Assembly (NCBI GenBank): GCA_964391065.1
Contig: CAYMKT010000010.1
Coordinates: 1 to 47,346, forward strand
Reading direction: 5' to 3'
DNA: 47,346 nucleotides
Origin: an uncultured Terrimonas sp.
GTDB taxonomy: Bacteria; Bacteroidota; Bacteroidia; Chitinophagales; Chitinophagaceae
Shown here: one piece after another, positions 29,824 through 40,330 of the stretch
Layout: each line of letters starts with the position of its first letter
How positions within the stretch are numbered: position 1 is the first letter of the stretch
Notes under the pieces: model-generated
Database searches by the model: none
Seen by the model: the letters and a program-made list of their open reading frames with translations, nothing else
What the model was told of the DNA's origin: nothing
Position numbers and translations under genes: made by a program

Positions 29824-30501
29824 CTATTCATCGGCTATATCCGGCCGTCTTTCCTTTGTGCGCAGCAAAGCCATTTCATGGCGCCAGTCCGCTATTCTTT
29901 TTGGGTCGCCACTTAACAGGATGTCCGGCACTTTCCATCCTTTGAAATCGGCGGGGCGTGTGTATACCGGTGGCGCTAACAGGTTATCCTGGAAAGAATC
30001 GAATAATGCTGAAGTTTCATCATTTAATACACCCGGCAACAGGCGTCCTATCGCGTCTACCAATACAGCGGCTGGTAACTCACCCCCGCTTAATACATAA
30101 TCGCCGATTGAAATTTCTTTAGTCACAAAATGTTCGCGCACCCGCTCATCAATGCCTTTATAGTGACCGCAGATTAATAAAAGGTTTTGTTGCAATGAAA
30201 ATTGATTGGCCATTTTTTGGTTAAACCTTTCGCCATCCGGAGTAAGATAGATAATTTCATTATACGTTCTATTTTTACAAAGGGTCTCAATTGCATTCAC
30301 CAAAGGCTCGCACATCATTACCATACCGGCGCCCCCTCCATATTGATAATCATCTACCTGTCCGTAAGCATTTACAGCCCATTTACGCAATTGATGTACC
30401 TCGATATTGAGCAATCCTTTTTCCTTCGCTCTTTTCATCATGGAATGCGCAAAAGGGCTTTCCAGCAATTCGGGCAAAACGGTGATAATGTCGATATGCA
30501 T
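29824..30501 (-). CDS. trmD: tRNA (guanine37-N1)-methyltransferase (start moved from 30642 to 30501)
   Basis: [35 protein letters not shown] and [11 protein letters not shown] motifs. Confidence 0.97.
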   Translation of the reverse strand: MHIDIITVLPELLESPFAHSMMKRAKEKGLLNIEVHQLRKWAVNAYGQVDDYQYGGGAGMVMMCEPLVNAIETLCKNRTYNEIIYLTPDGERFNQKMANQFSLQQNLLLICGHYKGIDERVREHFVTKEISIGDYVLSGGELPAAVLVDAIGRLLPGVLNDETSALFDSFQDNLLAPPVYTRPADFKGWKVPDILLSGDPKRIADWRHEMALLRTKERRPDIADE

Positions 30502-30657
30502 GACGCAAAGATAATCAGCATATGTACAAAAATGCCATGCCAGGTACAAGTGCATGTTCGCAAAAAGAAGGAATGGCAACCGTGAACTCCGCAGATAATA
30601 TAGAAAAACAGTGCCGAAATTAAAGCCGGCACTATTTAACAATCCCCGGATGTATCA

Positions 30658-32634
30658 CTATTTCTTTCCCGCCAGTTTCTCTTTTGTGTTATCCTGGTCA
30701 TCGATCTTAGCAATATCACCTGCTTTTTGCACCAGTTGCAAAAACTCCTTCCTATACCCTTCTGCGTCTGGTCCTACGGCTGAACCGGCCAATGCCAATA
30801 CGTTATTAAATGTTGCCTGTTGCCTGAACTCCGACTGGCGCAGCAGCATGCCGAATCCGGCTACCGCAGCAGCAAAGCGAAAATTATCGGAGGCATCTTT
30901 CAATGCAGTATGTTCATCGGTTACAGGATGCGTGATTAAACGGCTCTTGCCTTCATCCGGCTTCTTATAGCGAAACTTGATCGTCATCAATTCTGCATTA
31001 ATGGCATTACTAATCCTTTGATTGGGCGATGCCTGGTATTTCAACGGATCAACATGTTCAATCCATTCGCTTTTCACACCCGCAGGTATTATTTCGTATA
31101 AGGCGGTAACCGTATGTCCGCTGCCCAGTTCGCCCGCATCCTTTTTGTCGTTATTAAAATCTTCCTTATTCAGTATACGGTTCTCGTATCCTACGAGCCG
31201 ATAAGCCTGCACTTTGGTTGGATTAAATTCCACCTGCAGCTTCACATCTTTGGCAATCGTAAATAAAGTTCCCCCAAACTCGCTCACCAATACCTTCCTC
31301 GCTTCCTGCATATTGTCGATATAGGCGTGATTACCGTTGCCTCTATCGGCCAGCTTCTGCATTTTGTTATCTTTATAATTTCCCATACCATAACCGAGCA
31401 CTGTTAAAAAAACACCGCCCTTTTTCTCCTGTTCGATCAGGCGCTCCATATCGTCATCACTGCTTGCACCCACATTAAAGTCGCCATCCGTGCAAAGAAT
31501 AACACGGTTATTCCCACCTTGTACTACATTTTGCTTCGCAATTTGGTAGGCGAGTTTTATCCCGGCGCCACCGGCGGTAGAACCACCTGCTTCCAACCTG
31601 TCAATAGCATCTTTGATCGTTTGCCTGTTTGAACCGCTGGTTGCAGGAAGCACCATTCCGGCGTTTCCGGCATATACTACTATTGCAACTCTATCCTGTT
31701 CACGCAGTTGATCTACAAGCAACTTCATGGATTGTTTTACCAGGGGCAATTTATTCTCATCCTGCATAGAACCCGACACATCAATCAGAAAAACCAGGTT
31801 GGACGCCGGAATATTTTGAGTTTCTATCTTCTTCCCTTGTAAACTCACCAATACCAGCCGGTGACTGCTGTTCCAGGGCGACTCCGACAATTCAGTATAA
31901 ACAGAAAAGGGAATATCATCCTGCGGTTGCGGGTAATCGTAATGAAAATAATTAATCATCTCTTCAATACGTACAGCGCCTGCCGGTGGCAATTGTCCAC
32001 TGTTTAAAAAACGTCTTACATTGCTGTAAGATGCTGCGTCTACATCAATGGAAAAGGTAGACAAGGGATTATCTTTAACCGCTAAAAAGCGATTCTCAAT
32101 AATGCCGTCATAATCTTCAGTATAAAATTCTTTGTCCCGACTATTATACAACCCTGAACTGTGATTACCTGCTTTCCTTGTTGAGTTATTGGGCATACTG
32201 TTATTTCTCCTTACTATTACACCAGCCACACTGCCTTGCAACATCATATCTGCTTTAGCCTCCCGGTGAACGGCCCCTGTAAGGTTTTTCTTTTGGGTGG
32301 CTCCATATCCTATAACAACCACTTCCTCCAAAACATCTGTTGCGGGCAACAACTGCACTTTCAAGTCGGCTTTACCCGATACCTTTACTTCCTTAACCTC
32401 ATAGCCCAACGATGAAAAAATAAGCGTAACGTTGGAGTGGGCAACAATAATAGTAAAATCGCCGTTTGAATTGGTTTGGGTAATATTGCCAGTGCCTTTT
32501 TCAATAACAGATACGGAGGAGACTGCATTGCCATTGTTATCGGTTACCCTGCCTTTAATAACAAAAGATTTTCCTGGCAAAAAAGCCGTTAATACAGCAA
32601 TAATGATTATGCTGCAAAGTGTTGCGTACTTCAT
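30658..32634 (-). CDS. YfbK-like vWA-domain protein with N-terminal SusC-like carboxypeptidase-regulatory domain and TonB-box-like segment
   Basis: Signal peptide; IKGRVTD..TNSNGDF..FSSLGY; LEEVVVIGYG; STFSIDVDAASYSNVRR; MIDAS DVSGS; TDGDFNVG; DAGELGSGHTVTALYEI. Confidence 0.88.
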   Translation of the reverse strand: MKYATLCSIIIIAVLTAFLPGKSFVIKGRVTDNNGNAVSSVSVIEKGTGNITQTNSNGDFTIIVAHSNVTLIFSSLGYEVKEVKVSGKADLKVQLLPATDVLEEVVVIGYGATQKKNLTGAVHREAKADMMLQGSVAGVIVRRNNSMPNNSTRKAGNHSSGLYNSRDKEFYTEDYDGIIENRFLAVKDNPLSTFSIDVDAASYSNVRRFLNSGQLPPAGAVRIEEMINYFHYDYPQPQDDIPFSVYTELSESPWNSSHRLVLVSLQGKKIETQNIPASNLVFLIDVSGSMQDENKLPLVKQSMKLLVDQLREQDRVAIVVYAGNAGMVLPATSGSNRQTIKDAIDRLEAGGSTAGGAGIKLAYQIAKQNVVQGGNNRVILCTDGDFNVGASSDDDMERLIEQEKKGGVFLTVLGYGMGNYKDNKMQKLADRGNGNHAYIDNMQEARKVLVSEFGGTLFTIAKDVKLQVEFNPTKVQAYRLVGYENRILNKEDFNNDKKDAGELGSGHTVTALYEIIPAGVKSEWIEHVDPLKYQASPNQRISNAINAELMTIKFRYKKPDEGKSRLITHPVTDEHTALKDASDNFRFAAAVAGFGMLLRQSEFRQQATFNNVLALAGSAVGPDAEGYRKEFLQLVQKAGDIAKIDDQDNTKEKLAGKK

Positions 32635-32811
32635 ATTAATAAGTTTAAAGGTTTACTTTATGGATAGATGCGCTGCCGGAATAGATTACATATGAGGGAG
32701 AGCATATTTTCAAATGAAGATTGAAATCAAGTCCTTTGCCCCTGACCGGAAAGGCAACCGCGCTTCGATTCCGTTAATCTTATATCTTTGATTTTCACTT
32801 TTACCTATTGC

Positions 32812-33378
32812 TTGGATTTTATAAAGAACATATCAACTGCGGATAGTACGGATGCCGATTTGCTGGTTTTGTATAGGCAAACAGGGGATATGAGGATGTT
32901 GTCGGAACTTTACCAACGTTATATGGAACTGGTATACGGTGTTTGTTTGAAATACTTTAAGGATCAGGAACAAAGTAAAGATGCGGTGATGAATATTTTT
33001 GAGGAGCTGGTTAAAAAATTGAAGGTTCATGAAGTCGGCAATTTTAGAAGCTGGTTGCATACCACGACCAGGAACCATTGTTTAATGCAGTTGCGCACAC
33101 CTAAAAATCTGAAAACCACTACATTTAGCCAGGAGTATATGCAATCGGAGGAAAGCCTGCATCTTAATGGGGTGTTTGAAAGGGAAGAGCAATTCAATAA
33201 ACTGGAAAAATGTATTCAGTCCCTCTCAGAAGACCAAAAAAAAGCGGTTGAATTATTTTACATTCAGCAGAAATGCTACGAAGAAATTGTAACAATAACA
33301 GGGCACGACTGGAATAAGGTGAGAAGCTTTATACAAAACGGGAGAAGAAACCTGAAGCTGTGTATGGAGAAGGAATGA
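32812..33378 (+). CDS. ECF sigma-70 factor (TTG start at 32812 preferred over 32788)
   Basis: LYQRYMELVYGVCLKY, DAVMNIF, FRSWLHTTTRNHCL (sigma2) and YEEI..VRSFIQNGRRNLK (sigma4). Confidence 0.9.
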   Translation: MDFIKNISTADSTDADLLVLYRQTGDMRMLSELYQRYMELVYGVCLKYFKDQEQSKDAVMNIFEELVKKLKVHEVGNFRSWLHTTTRNHCLMQLRTPKNLKTTTFSQEYMQSEESLHLNGVFEREEQFNKLEKCIQSLSEDQKKAVELFYIQQKCYEEIVTITGHDWNKVRSFIQNGRRNLKLCMEKE

Positions 33379-33431
33379 GATAATGTGAAAAGGAAAGAAA
33401 ACAGTTGGTCAATAACAGACGTATGATCTAA

Positions 33432-34724
33432 ATGAATAACGATAAAAAACATATCGTGTATAGTGCTGAGGATATTCAACGGTATCTGAACCGTGAAATG
33501 ACGGCGGCAGAAATGCATCGTTTGGAAAAAGCAGCGTTGGAAGACTCCTTTTTGGCCGAGGCAATAGAAGGCTTCACGAATACGAGCCCGTTAAACATCG
33601 CTTCAGATATAAGGGATATTAAAACCCAGCTGGATGAAAAAACTGCTTCAAGGGTAATTACAATGAGCAGTCAAAAAATATGGAGAAGCGTTGCCGCAGC
33701 CGTTATTGTTTTGTTAGGAATGGGACTAACATGGTATTGGTTAAGTGTGCCTACTGAAAAGAATATTGCCCAACAAAAAAACAAGCAGGATACATCTTCA
33801 GTGATGAGAACGCAAGAAAAGTCAGCAGGTGAGTCTGCTATAGCAGAAGATTCCATTTTTACTGCGAAAAACGAAGCCAAAGGACGTGAAAACATTGAGG
33901 ATACACAGGAATCGAAAAAAGCACCGGGTGTGTTGCCTGAAACTACCCTGGCACAACCACCAGCAATACAAAAAAAACAGGCAGAACCAGACTCCCGAGT
34001 TGCTGATAAAACAAATACCAGCGAGCGTTTAGGCGTTACGCTGCAAAATATTAAAGCAGAAGAAAGGGAGCGATCAAAAAAAGATATCGATATTTCCGCG
34101 GAAAACGCCAATAATGCTTCCGGGTATTTATCCGCAAAAATTATTACGGGCAAAGTAACTGATACCAACAACAACGGACTTCCGTTTGTAAACATTGGCA
34201 TTAGCAATACGCCCACAAGCATTTACAGTGACGTTCAGGGAAACTTTAAAATCATGAGCGGAGATTCATCCGTAACGGTAACGGTAAAATCATCAGGCTT
34301 CCAATCGAAACAAGTGACTTTACAAGCTAATTCCCCCGCTAACAATATCGTACTTAACGCACAGGAAAAAGCCTTACCCGAAGTAGTGGCTTCGGGATAC
34401 AGCACAAAAAGAAAAAAAGAGACGGTAAAGCACAACAACACAGATGAATCGTCTGAAGCAGCGCCCATGGATGGGTGGGCGAACTACAACATTTACCTGT
34501 CCAACAATATTCGCCTTCCGGACGAACAATCCGGCACGTATCGGGGATTTGTTGAGCTTTCCTTTACAACAGACAGGTACGGCAGGTTAGATAATTTCAC
34601 TATTATCCATTCTACCTGTACTGCGTGTAATAAGGAAGCCATAAGGGTAATAAAAGAAGGTCCCCGTTGGAAATTGACCGAAGGCGACAAGCCAGCAAAA
34701 GTTTCCCTTACGGTGCAGTTCTAA
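33432..34724 (+). CDS. Putative anti-sigma factor: N-terminal anti-sigma-like helices, TM, linker, carboxypeptidase-regulatory-like domain and TonB C-terminal-like domain
   Basis: DIQRYLNREMTAAEMHRLEKAALEDSFLAEAIEG; WRSVAAAVIVLLG TM; ITGKVTD..GLPFVNI; GFVELSFTTDRYG..CNKEAIRVIKEGPRW. Confidence 0.75.
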   Translation: MNNDKKHIVYSAEDIQRYLNREMTAAEMHRLEKAALEDSFLAEAIEGFTNTSPLNIASDIRDIKTQLDEKTASRVITMSSQKIWRSVAAAVIVLLGMGLTWYWLSVPTEKNIAQQKNKQDTSSVMRTQEKSAGESAIAEDSIFTAKNEAKGRENIEDTQESKKAPGVLPETTLAQPPAIQKKQAEPDSRVADKTNTSERLGVTLQNIKAEERERSKKDIDISAENANNASGYLSAKIITGKVTDTNNNGLPFVNIGISNTPTSIYSDVQGNFKIMSGDSSVTVTVKSSGFQSKQVTLQANSPANNIVLNAQEKALPEVVASGYSTKRKKETVKHNNTDESSEAAPMDGWANYNIYLSNNIRLPDEQSGTYRGFVELSFTTDRYGRLDNFTIIHSTCTACNKEAIRVIKEGPRWKLTEGDKPAKVSLTVQF

Positions 34725-34901
34725 TCTAAAAAGTAACTTCAAAATATATCATGCCGGTTAACTTCGGTAAAATCCATTTGATTTTCCGAACCGCATGCGT
34801 GGCATTGCTCTAAATATTATCTTCGCCGCAAGTATAAGTAATAAAATAAGCCGCAGCAACGGTTTATCCTTTATAATTTAATCAATTAAAAACAACAACA
34901 G

Positions 34902-35735
34902 ATGAAAAAGATCTTTTTACTTGCCGCTTTTTCTGCAACGATTTGTTTTGCAACAGCGCAACAGTTAAAAACGCCTGCCCCATCTCCCCTGCAAACGGTA
35001 AAACAGGAATTTGGTTTGTCGGCTGTTGAACTCTCTTATTCGAGGCCCGGGGTAAAAGGAAGAACGATATTTGGCGACCTTGTGCCTTACGGAAAAGTAT
35101 GGCGTACAGGAGCTAACGGAGCCACCACCATTACTTTTGGTGAGGATGTTACTTTTGGTGGACAAAAAGTTCCTGCCGGTAAATATGGATTACTCACCAT
35201 ACCTGAAGCCTCACAATGGACTGTAATTCTCAGTAAACAGCTAGACGTAACCGGTCCGGCAGCCTACAAGCAGGACCAGGATGTAGCACGCGTTAAAATA
35301 ACCGCAACAGATCTCCCTTTTCCGCTTGAGTCTTTCTTAATTTCTTTTGATAATATTAGTTCTTCCTCCATGAATATGGTGATTGGCTGGGACAGGACTA
35401 TTGTTATCGTTCCCATTACAACGGATGTAAACACAAAGATCAATGCTCAAATCAATAGCATGGAAGGAAAGGAAAATTTTCCATATTTTTCCGCTGCCAT
35501 GTTTTATATGGAAAATGGTCAAGATCTGAACAAAGCACTTACCTGGTTCAATAAGGCCACTGAAAAAGAACCGGATGCATTCTGGATATGGCATCAAAAA
35601 GCAAAATGCCTGGCAAAATTGGGTAAAAACCAGGAGGCGGCGACAGCAGCCAATAAATCAATTGCGCTGGCCACAACCGCAAAAAACGATGACTATGTAG
35701 CGTTGAATAAAAAGCTTCTGGCATCGCTGAATTAA
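34902..35735 (+). CDS. DUF2911-family exported protein with C-terminal TPR-like helices
   Basis: PAPSP, YSRPGVKGRTIFGDLVPYGKVWRTGAN and PAGKYGLLTIP motifs. Confidence 0.85.
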   Translation: MKKIFLLAAFSATICFATAQQLKTPAPSPLQTVKQEFGLSAVELSYSRPGVKGRTIFGDLVPYGKVWRTGANGATTITFGEDVTFGGQKVPAGKYGLLTIPEASQWTVILSKQLDVTGPAAYKQDQDVARVKITATDLPFPLESFLISFDNISSSSMNMVIGWDRTIVIVPITTDVNTKINAQINSMEGKENFPYFSAAMFYMENGQDLNKALTWFNKATEKEPDAFWIWHQKAKCLAKLGKNQEAATAANKSIALATTAKNDDYVALNKKLLASLN

Positions 35736-35760
35736 TCTTCAGAATAACACTCGTTTTATA

Positions 35761-35821
35761 AAGCCACCAGGAAATGGCAGTTCAGGAAAATTAAAGCTGA
35801 CGTCATTGCCTGGTGGTTTTT
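35761..35821 (+). terminator. Long-stem intrinsic terminator after the DUF2911 gene
   Basis: GCCACCAGG (35763-35771) pairs with CCTGGTGGT (35809-35817), followed by Ts. Confidence 0.6.
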
Positions 35822-35924
35822 GTTTGGTTGGGTTATCATGGAAATATGAGAACAGCAGACTTAGTCGTTCAATGAAACTCATTCCGCCTGCCAACCTTAT
35901 CTTTGCCGCCACAACCTACCAAGC

Positions 35925-36746
35925 ATGAACAAAAAAGTTAATCAACCAGAAGAAGCGGTTTCATTTATTAAAAGTTTTTATAACCCGGCCCCGGAAATCG
36001 GGATTGTTCTGGGCAGCGGCCTCGGCAATTTTGTAGCAGAAATGTCGGTCGAAAAAGAAATTTACTACGCCGAAATTCCCCATTTCCCGGTTTCTACCGT
36101 GGATGGACATTCTGGAAAGTTGATTTTTGGTGAACTGCATCAAAAGAAAATTGTTGTTATGTCGGGAAGGTTCCACTATTACGAAGGATATAACGCTTCG
36201 GAGGTTGTCTTTCCTATAAGGGTATTGAAGTTGCTTGGCATACATACCTTGCTGATCAGCAATGCAGCGGGCGGAGTGAATAGCTCTTTTAGCGTTGGAG
36301 ATTTGATGATCATCACCGATCATATCAGTTTAGCTACCGTTAATCCTTTAATCGGCAAAAACGAAGATGCTTTTGGGGTACGCTTTCCCGATATGAGTGA
36401 GCCTTACTCAAAATCCCTTATTAAAAAAGGAAAATGGATTGCGGACCAATTGGGATATACCATTAAAGAAGGCGTGTATTTTGGAGTAACGGGCCCTACT
36501 TTTGAAACGCGTGCAGAATATAAAATGATTAGTCTGCTGGGAGGAGATGCAGTAGGCATGAGTACGGTACAGGAAGTGATTGTGGCAGTTCATGCCAGGA
36601 TACAAGTATTCGGCATCAGCGTAATTACAGATTTAGGCATCCGTGAAGAAGATAATATTATTACCCACGAAGAAGTGCTACAGGCAGCCACGGCTGCTGA
36701 ACCTAAGCTTACCGCCTTGTTTAAAGAGTTAGTTAAAGCTATCTGA
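35925..36746 (+). CDS. Purine-nucleoside phosphorylase (trimeric PNP type)
   Basis: IVLGSGLG, STVDGHSG, GRFHYYEGY, SNAAGG, GPTFETRAE and DAVGMSTV motifs. Confidence 0.95.
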   Translation: MNKKVNQPEEAVSFIKSFYNPAPEIGIVLGSGLGNFVAEMSVEKEIYYAEIPHFPVSTVDGHSGKLIFGELHQKKIVVMSGRFHYYEGYNASEVVFPIRVLKLLGIHTLLISNAAGGVNSSFSVGDLMIITDHISLATVNPLIGKNEDAFGVRFPDMSEPYSKSLIKKGKWIADQLGYTIKEGVYFGVTGPTFETRAEYKMISLLGGDAVGMSTVQEVIVAVHARIQVFGISVITDLGIREEDNIITHEEVLQAATAAEPKLTALFKELVKAI

Positions 36747-36818
36747 TTTAGCTATTTTTTCAATGGATATGCTGCGATTTCAGGTATTTTCGCCGGGCAT
36801 TGGAACAAGTTTACTGTA

Positions 36819-38834
36819 TTGAAGAAAGCATTTACATACTTACTGCTTAGCCTTTTAACAGGCACCGCATTACCCGTTCTATCTCAGCAACTTCCAGGGA
36901 GGTTGGGCAATTTTAGCAATATGGGACGTGGAGGACGATCCGGGGGAAGCGATTCAATAAAATTTGAACACCGGGATCCATTTTCGGATTCAGTAAGCAT
37001 CCGGTTTAAGTATATTGATTCTGTTCGATCCTACACCTTTGATTCTTCATTAATTGACTTTTATACGAAAGTTCCTCTAAAATCAGAATTCGCGTGGCTC
37101 GGCAATAACGGGAATGCTACCTCTTTCCTCCTTTTTAATCCCATAACAAAACCTGGTTGGGACCCTGGCTTTCATGCGTTTGACGCCTATGCCCTTACGG
37201 TAGAACAAACCCGTTTTTACAATACCACCCGTCCCTTTACAGAATTAGATTACCTGATTGGCGGCGGCGCCGAACAGTTCATTAATGTTATACACACGCA
37301 AAACATTAAGCCCAACTGGAACTTTGCTTTTCAGTTCAGGCTGATTAATTCGCCAGGGTTTTTCAGGAGTGAGAATACCAACCATTCCAATCTCAGGTTC
37401 AACACGTACTACCAGGCGCCTAACAAGAGATACGGAATATATTTGATCGGTTTAAGCAATGGCTTGCAATCTGCCGAAAACGGTGGAATAGTAAGCGATA
37501 GCTTTTTGGTTGACAAAACAGGTACTTATACAGACCGCTTTAATATCCCCATTAATACCGCAAATGACGCGGTATATAGCCGTGACCCATTTAATACCCA
37601 GTTAAAAACCGGTAACAGATACGAGGAGTTCAAATTTCTTATCAGGCAGCAATACGATTTTGGTAAAAAAGATTCCTTAGAAACCGATTCTACCGTCATC
37701 AAACTTTTTTATCCCCGCTTCCGCATTGAACATACTCTCCAGTATAATACTTATAAATTTTTATACCAGGATATTGGGCCCGACAGTGCATTTTATAAAA
37801 AAAATTATGATATCTCATTTGATGCAGGCGATACTTTAGTATATAAAAATTCGTGGAAGGAGATTATTAACGATATTTCTGTTTACCAGTATCCAGATAT
37901 AAAAAACCAGCAACAATTTCTGAAACTCGGGGCCAGTTTGCAAAATCTTTCGGTAAAGTGGTACGATACCATGAAAAACAAACTTTACAACATTTTCGTA
38001 CATGGCGAATACCGAAACCGCACCCGCGATAAAAAATGGGACATTGAAGCCTATGCGCAACTCTATATTACTGGGTTCAATGCAGGAGATTACCGGGCAT
38101 ACGTTAGCCTGCAAAGGCTCCTCAGTGCTAAACTTGGCGCCCTGCAGATGGGTTTTGAGAATGCCAACCGAACCCCTTCATTCCTGTTGCGTAATACAAG
38201 TGGATTCCCGGTATTAACACCCCCCGGCGGTACCAATAAAGAAAACATTACGCAATTGTTTGGCGCATATTTCATTCCGTCCTTACAATTACAATTGAGC
38301 GCTAACTATTATCTCATTAGTAATTATACCTATTTAAAAAACTTTTATGAAACCGATCAGCAAAGCGATCCTTTTAATGTGCTTCAGGTTAAGGCGAGTA
38401 AAGATTTCAGGTTAAGTAAAAACTGGCATTGGTATGCTGACCTGGCGGTTCAAAAAACAGCAGGTAATACTCCTGTTAACATTCCATTAATGTACTTTCG
38501 TAACCGGATTGTTTTCCAGGGGCGATTTTTTAAAAACCTGAATATCGCAACAGGTATAGATTCAAGATATAATACGCCATATACAGCAGATAATTATTCT
38601 CCTGTTATGGGGCAGTTTTTTCCGCAGGATAGTATACGCATAGCCAACCGGCCCGACATAGCTGCATTTTTGAACTTTCGCATCAGAAGTTTTCAATGCT
38701 TTTTCCGCTTAGAAAACCTGAATACCCTTAATATCGAAACCTTTACCTTTACCAACAATAATATGGCGGCGCCGTTATATCCTTACGAGGGTATAATATT
38801 CAGGGTCGGTGTATTCTGGAATTTTGTAAATTGA
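36819..38834 (+). CDS. Putative outer-membrane beta-barrel porin (Bacteroidota-specific type)
   Basis: Signal peptide, WLGNNG, FYNTTRPFTELDY, alternating beta-strands and C-terminal RVGVFWNFVN. Confidence 0.8.
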   Translation: MKKAFTYLLLSLLTGTALPVLSQQLPGRLGNFSNMGRGGRSGGSDSIKFEHRDPFSDSVSIRFKYIDSVRSYTFDSSLIDFYTKVPLKSEFAWLGNNGNATSFLLFNPITKPGWDPGFHAFDAYALTVEQTRFYNTTRPFTELDYLIGGGAEQFINVIHTQNIKPNWNFAFQFRLINSPGFFRSENTNHSNLRFNTYYQAPNKRYGIYLIGLSNGLQSAENGGIVSDSFLVDKTGTYTDRFNIPINTANDAVYSRDPFNTQLKTGNRYEEFKFLIRQQYDFGKKDSLETDSTVIKLFYPRFRIEHTLQYNTYKFLYQDIGPDSAFYKKNYDISFDAGDTLVYKNSWKEIINDISVYQYPDIKNQQQFLKLGASLQNLSVKWYDTMKNKLYNIFVHGEYRNRTRDKKWDIEAYAQLYITGFNAGDYRAYVSLQRLLSAKLGALQMGFENANRTPSFLLRNTSGFPVLTPPGGTNKENITQLFGAYFIPSLQLQLSANYYLISNYTYLKNFYETDQQSDPFNVLQVKASKDFRLSKNWHWYADLAVQKTAGNTPVNIPLMYFRNRIVFQGRFFKNLNIATGIDSRYNTPYTADNYSPVMGQFFPQDSIRIANRPDIAAFLNFRIRSFQCFFRLENLNTLNIETFTFTNNNMAAPLYPYEGIIFRVGVFWNFVN

Positions 38835-39071
38835 CCTTACCAACCTTCTGCTTAAAAGAATGCCTCAACACCATCATCACTACCCGAAGTGCGTATTTAA
38901 TTATACAATGACGTCAAAAAAAATCATATCATCACTGTTGCTGTTTTTGAAAGGATTGTTTAAAAAAGATTGTTGCAAATAAGTTCAAGTGCTGCGCATA
39001 ACTCATATACCACGGAGGCTGCACCTTTCTTCGCCTTTTTTATAAAAAAAATTACCCTATTTTTGCGCCCT

Positions 39072-40170
39072 ATGACACAAGAGCAAATTAAAGATATGAG
39101 ACAAGCCATTGGCGTGTTGGGGAGGTTTCTTTGACGTTGCTAACAGGCGCGACAAAATAGCAAGCGACAAGCAGCTCACCCTCTCTCCCGGCTTTTGGGA
39201 TGACAATACCCGGGCAACTCAAATTCTTAAAGACATCAAATTAAACGAATACTGGATAAAGCTGTATGAAGATGTTCATACGGCAGTGGAAGATTTTGCC
39301 GTGCTGTTTGAGTTTTGGAAAGAAGGAGAAGGATCGGAAGAAGAAGTAAAGGATGCGTATGAAAATGCAAACCGGCGCATTGAAGAAGCGGAATTTAAAA
39401 GCACATTGAATCAACCCGTAGATGAATTACCCGCTGTGCTCCAAATCAATAGTGGTGCAGGTGGAACCGAAAGCCAGGACTGGGCCGAGATGCTTGCCCG
39501 CATGTACAGGATGTATGGCGAAAAACAAGACTGGAGCGTTACAGAATTAGATTGGCAGGAAGGCGATGGCGCCGGTATTAAATCCGCCACTTTACAATTT
39601 GACGGACCCTTCGCATATGGTTTCCTGAAGTCGGAAAGTGGTGTGCACCGGCTGGTTCGCATTTCACCATTCGACAGCAATGCGAGGCGACATACTTCTT
39701 TCGCGTCCATATATGTATATCCTTTGGTAGATGACTCCATTGAAATAGAAGTGAGTCCGGCAGACCTGGAATGGGAATTTTACCGCAGCGGTGGTAAGGG
39801 TGGTCAAAACGTAAACAAAGTGGAAACGGCGGTTAGGTTGAAGCATATGCCATCCGGTATCATTGTAGAATGCCAGCAATCGCGAACACAGGGTGAAAAC
39901 AGGGAAAAAGCATTGAAGATGCTGAAGAGCCGATTGTATGAAGAAGAATTACGCAAACGGGAAGCATTGAAAAATGCATCGAATGCCAGTAAGAAGAAAA
40001 TAGAATGGGGAAGCCAGATCCGCTCTTATGTATTCCATCCTTATAAAATGATTAAAGATCATCGCACCGACTACGAAGTGGGTAATGTGCAGCCTGTAAT
40101 GGATGGCGACCTCGATGGCTTCATTAAAGCCTATTTAATGATGGAGAAAGAAACAGAAGCAAACTCATAA
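39072..40170 (+). CDS. prfB: Peptide chain release factor 2, decoded via programmed +1 frameshift at CTT TGA C (39129-39135)
   Basis: 20-codon ORF0 from ATG 39072 ends GGG AGG TTT CTT TGA C; +1 frame continues DVANRR.. with SPF and GGQ motifs. Confidence 0.97.
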
Positions 40171-40330
40171 AGATTAATACCGTAGCTTAAAAACGTCAAC
40201 GTTCCTGCATTGCCTTTTTTTAAATCATACCACCTGCGGATTATTTTATTTACAAAATGATAAAGTGAATAGCAATAATAAAATAGGTGGAGTGCATTTA
40301 TATGTCTAATTTTTACATCAAATCCTTATT

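Noticed and set aside
30502..30642. N-terminal extensions in the ORF track (trmD; also pyrD 10862, 23675, Hpt 26603, ECF 32788)
   Set aside because: Extensions run through promoter elements or neighbouring genes and precede the family-typical N-termini
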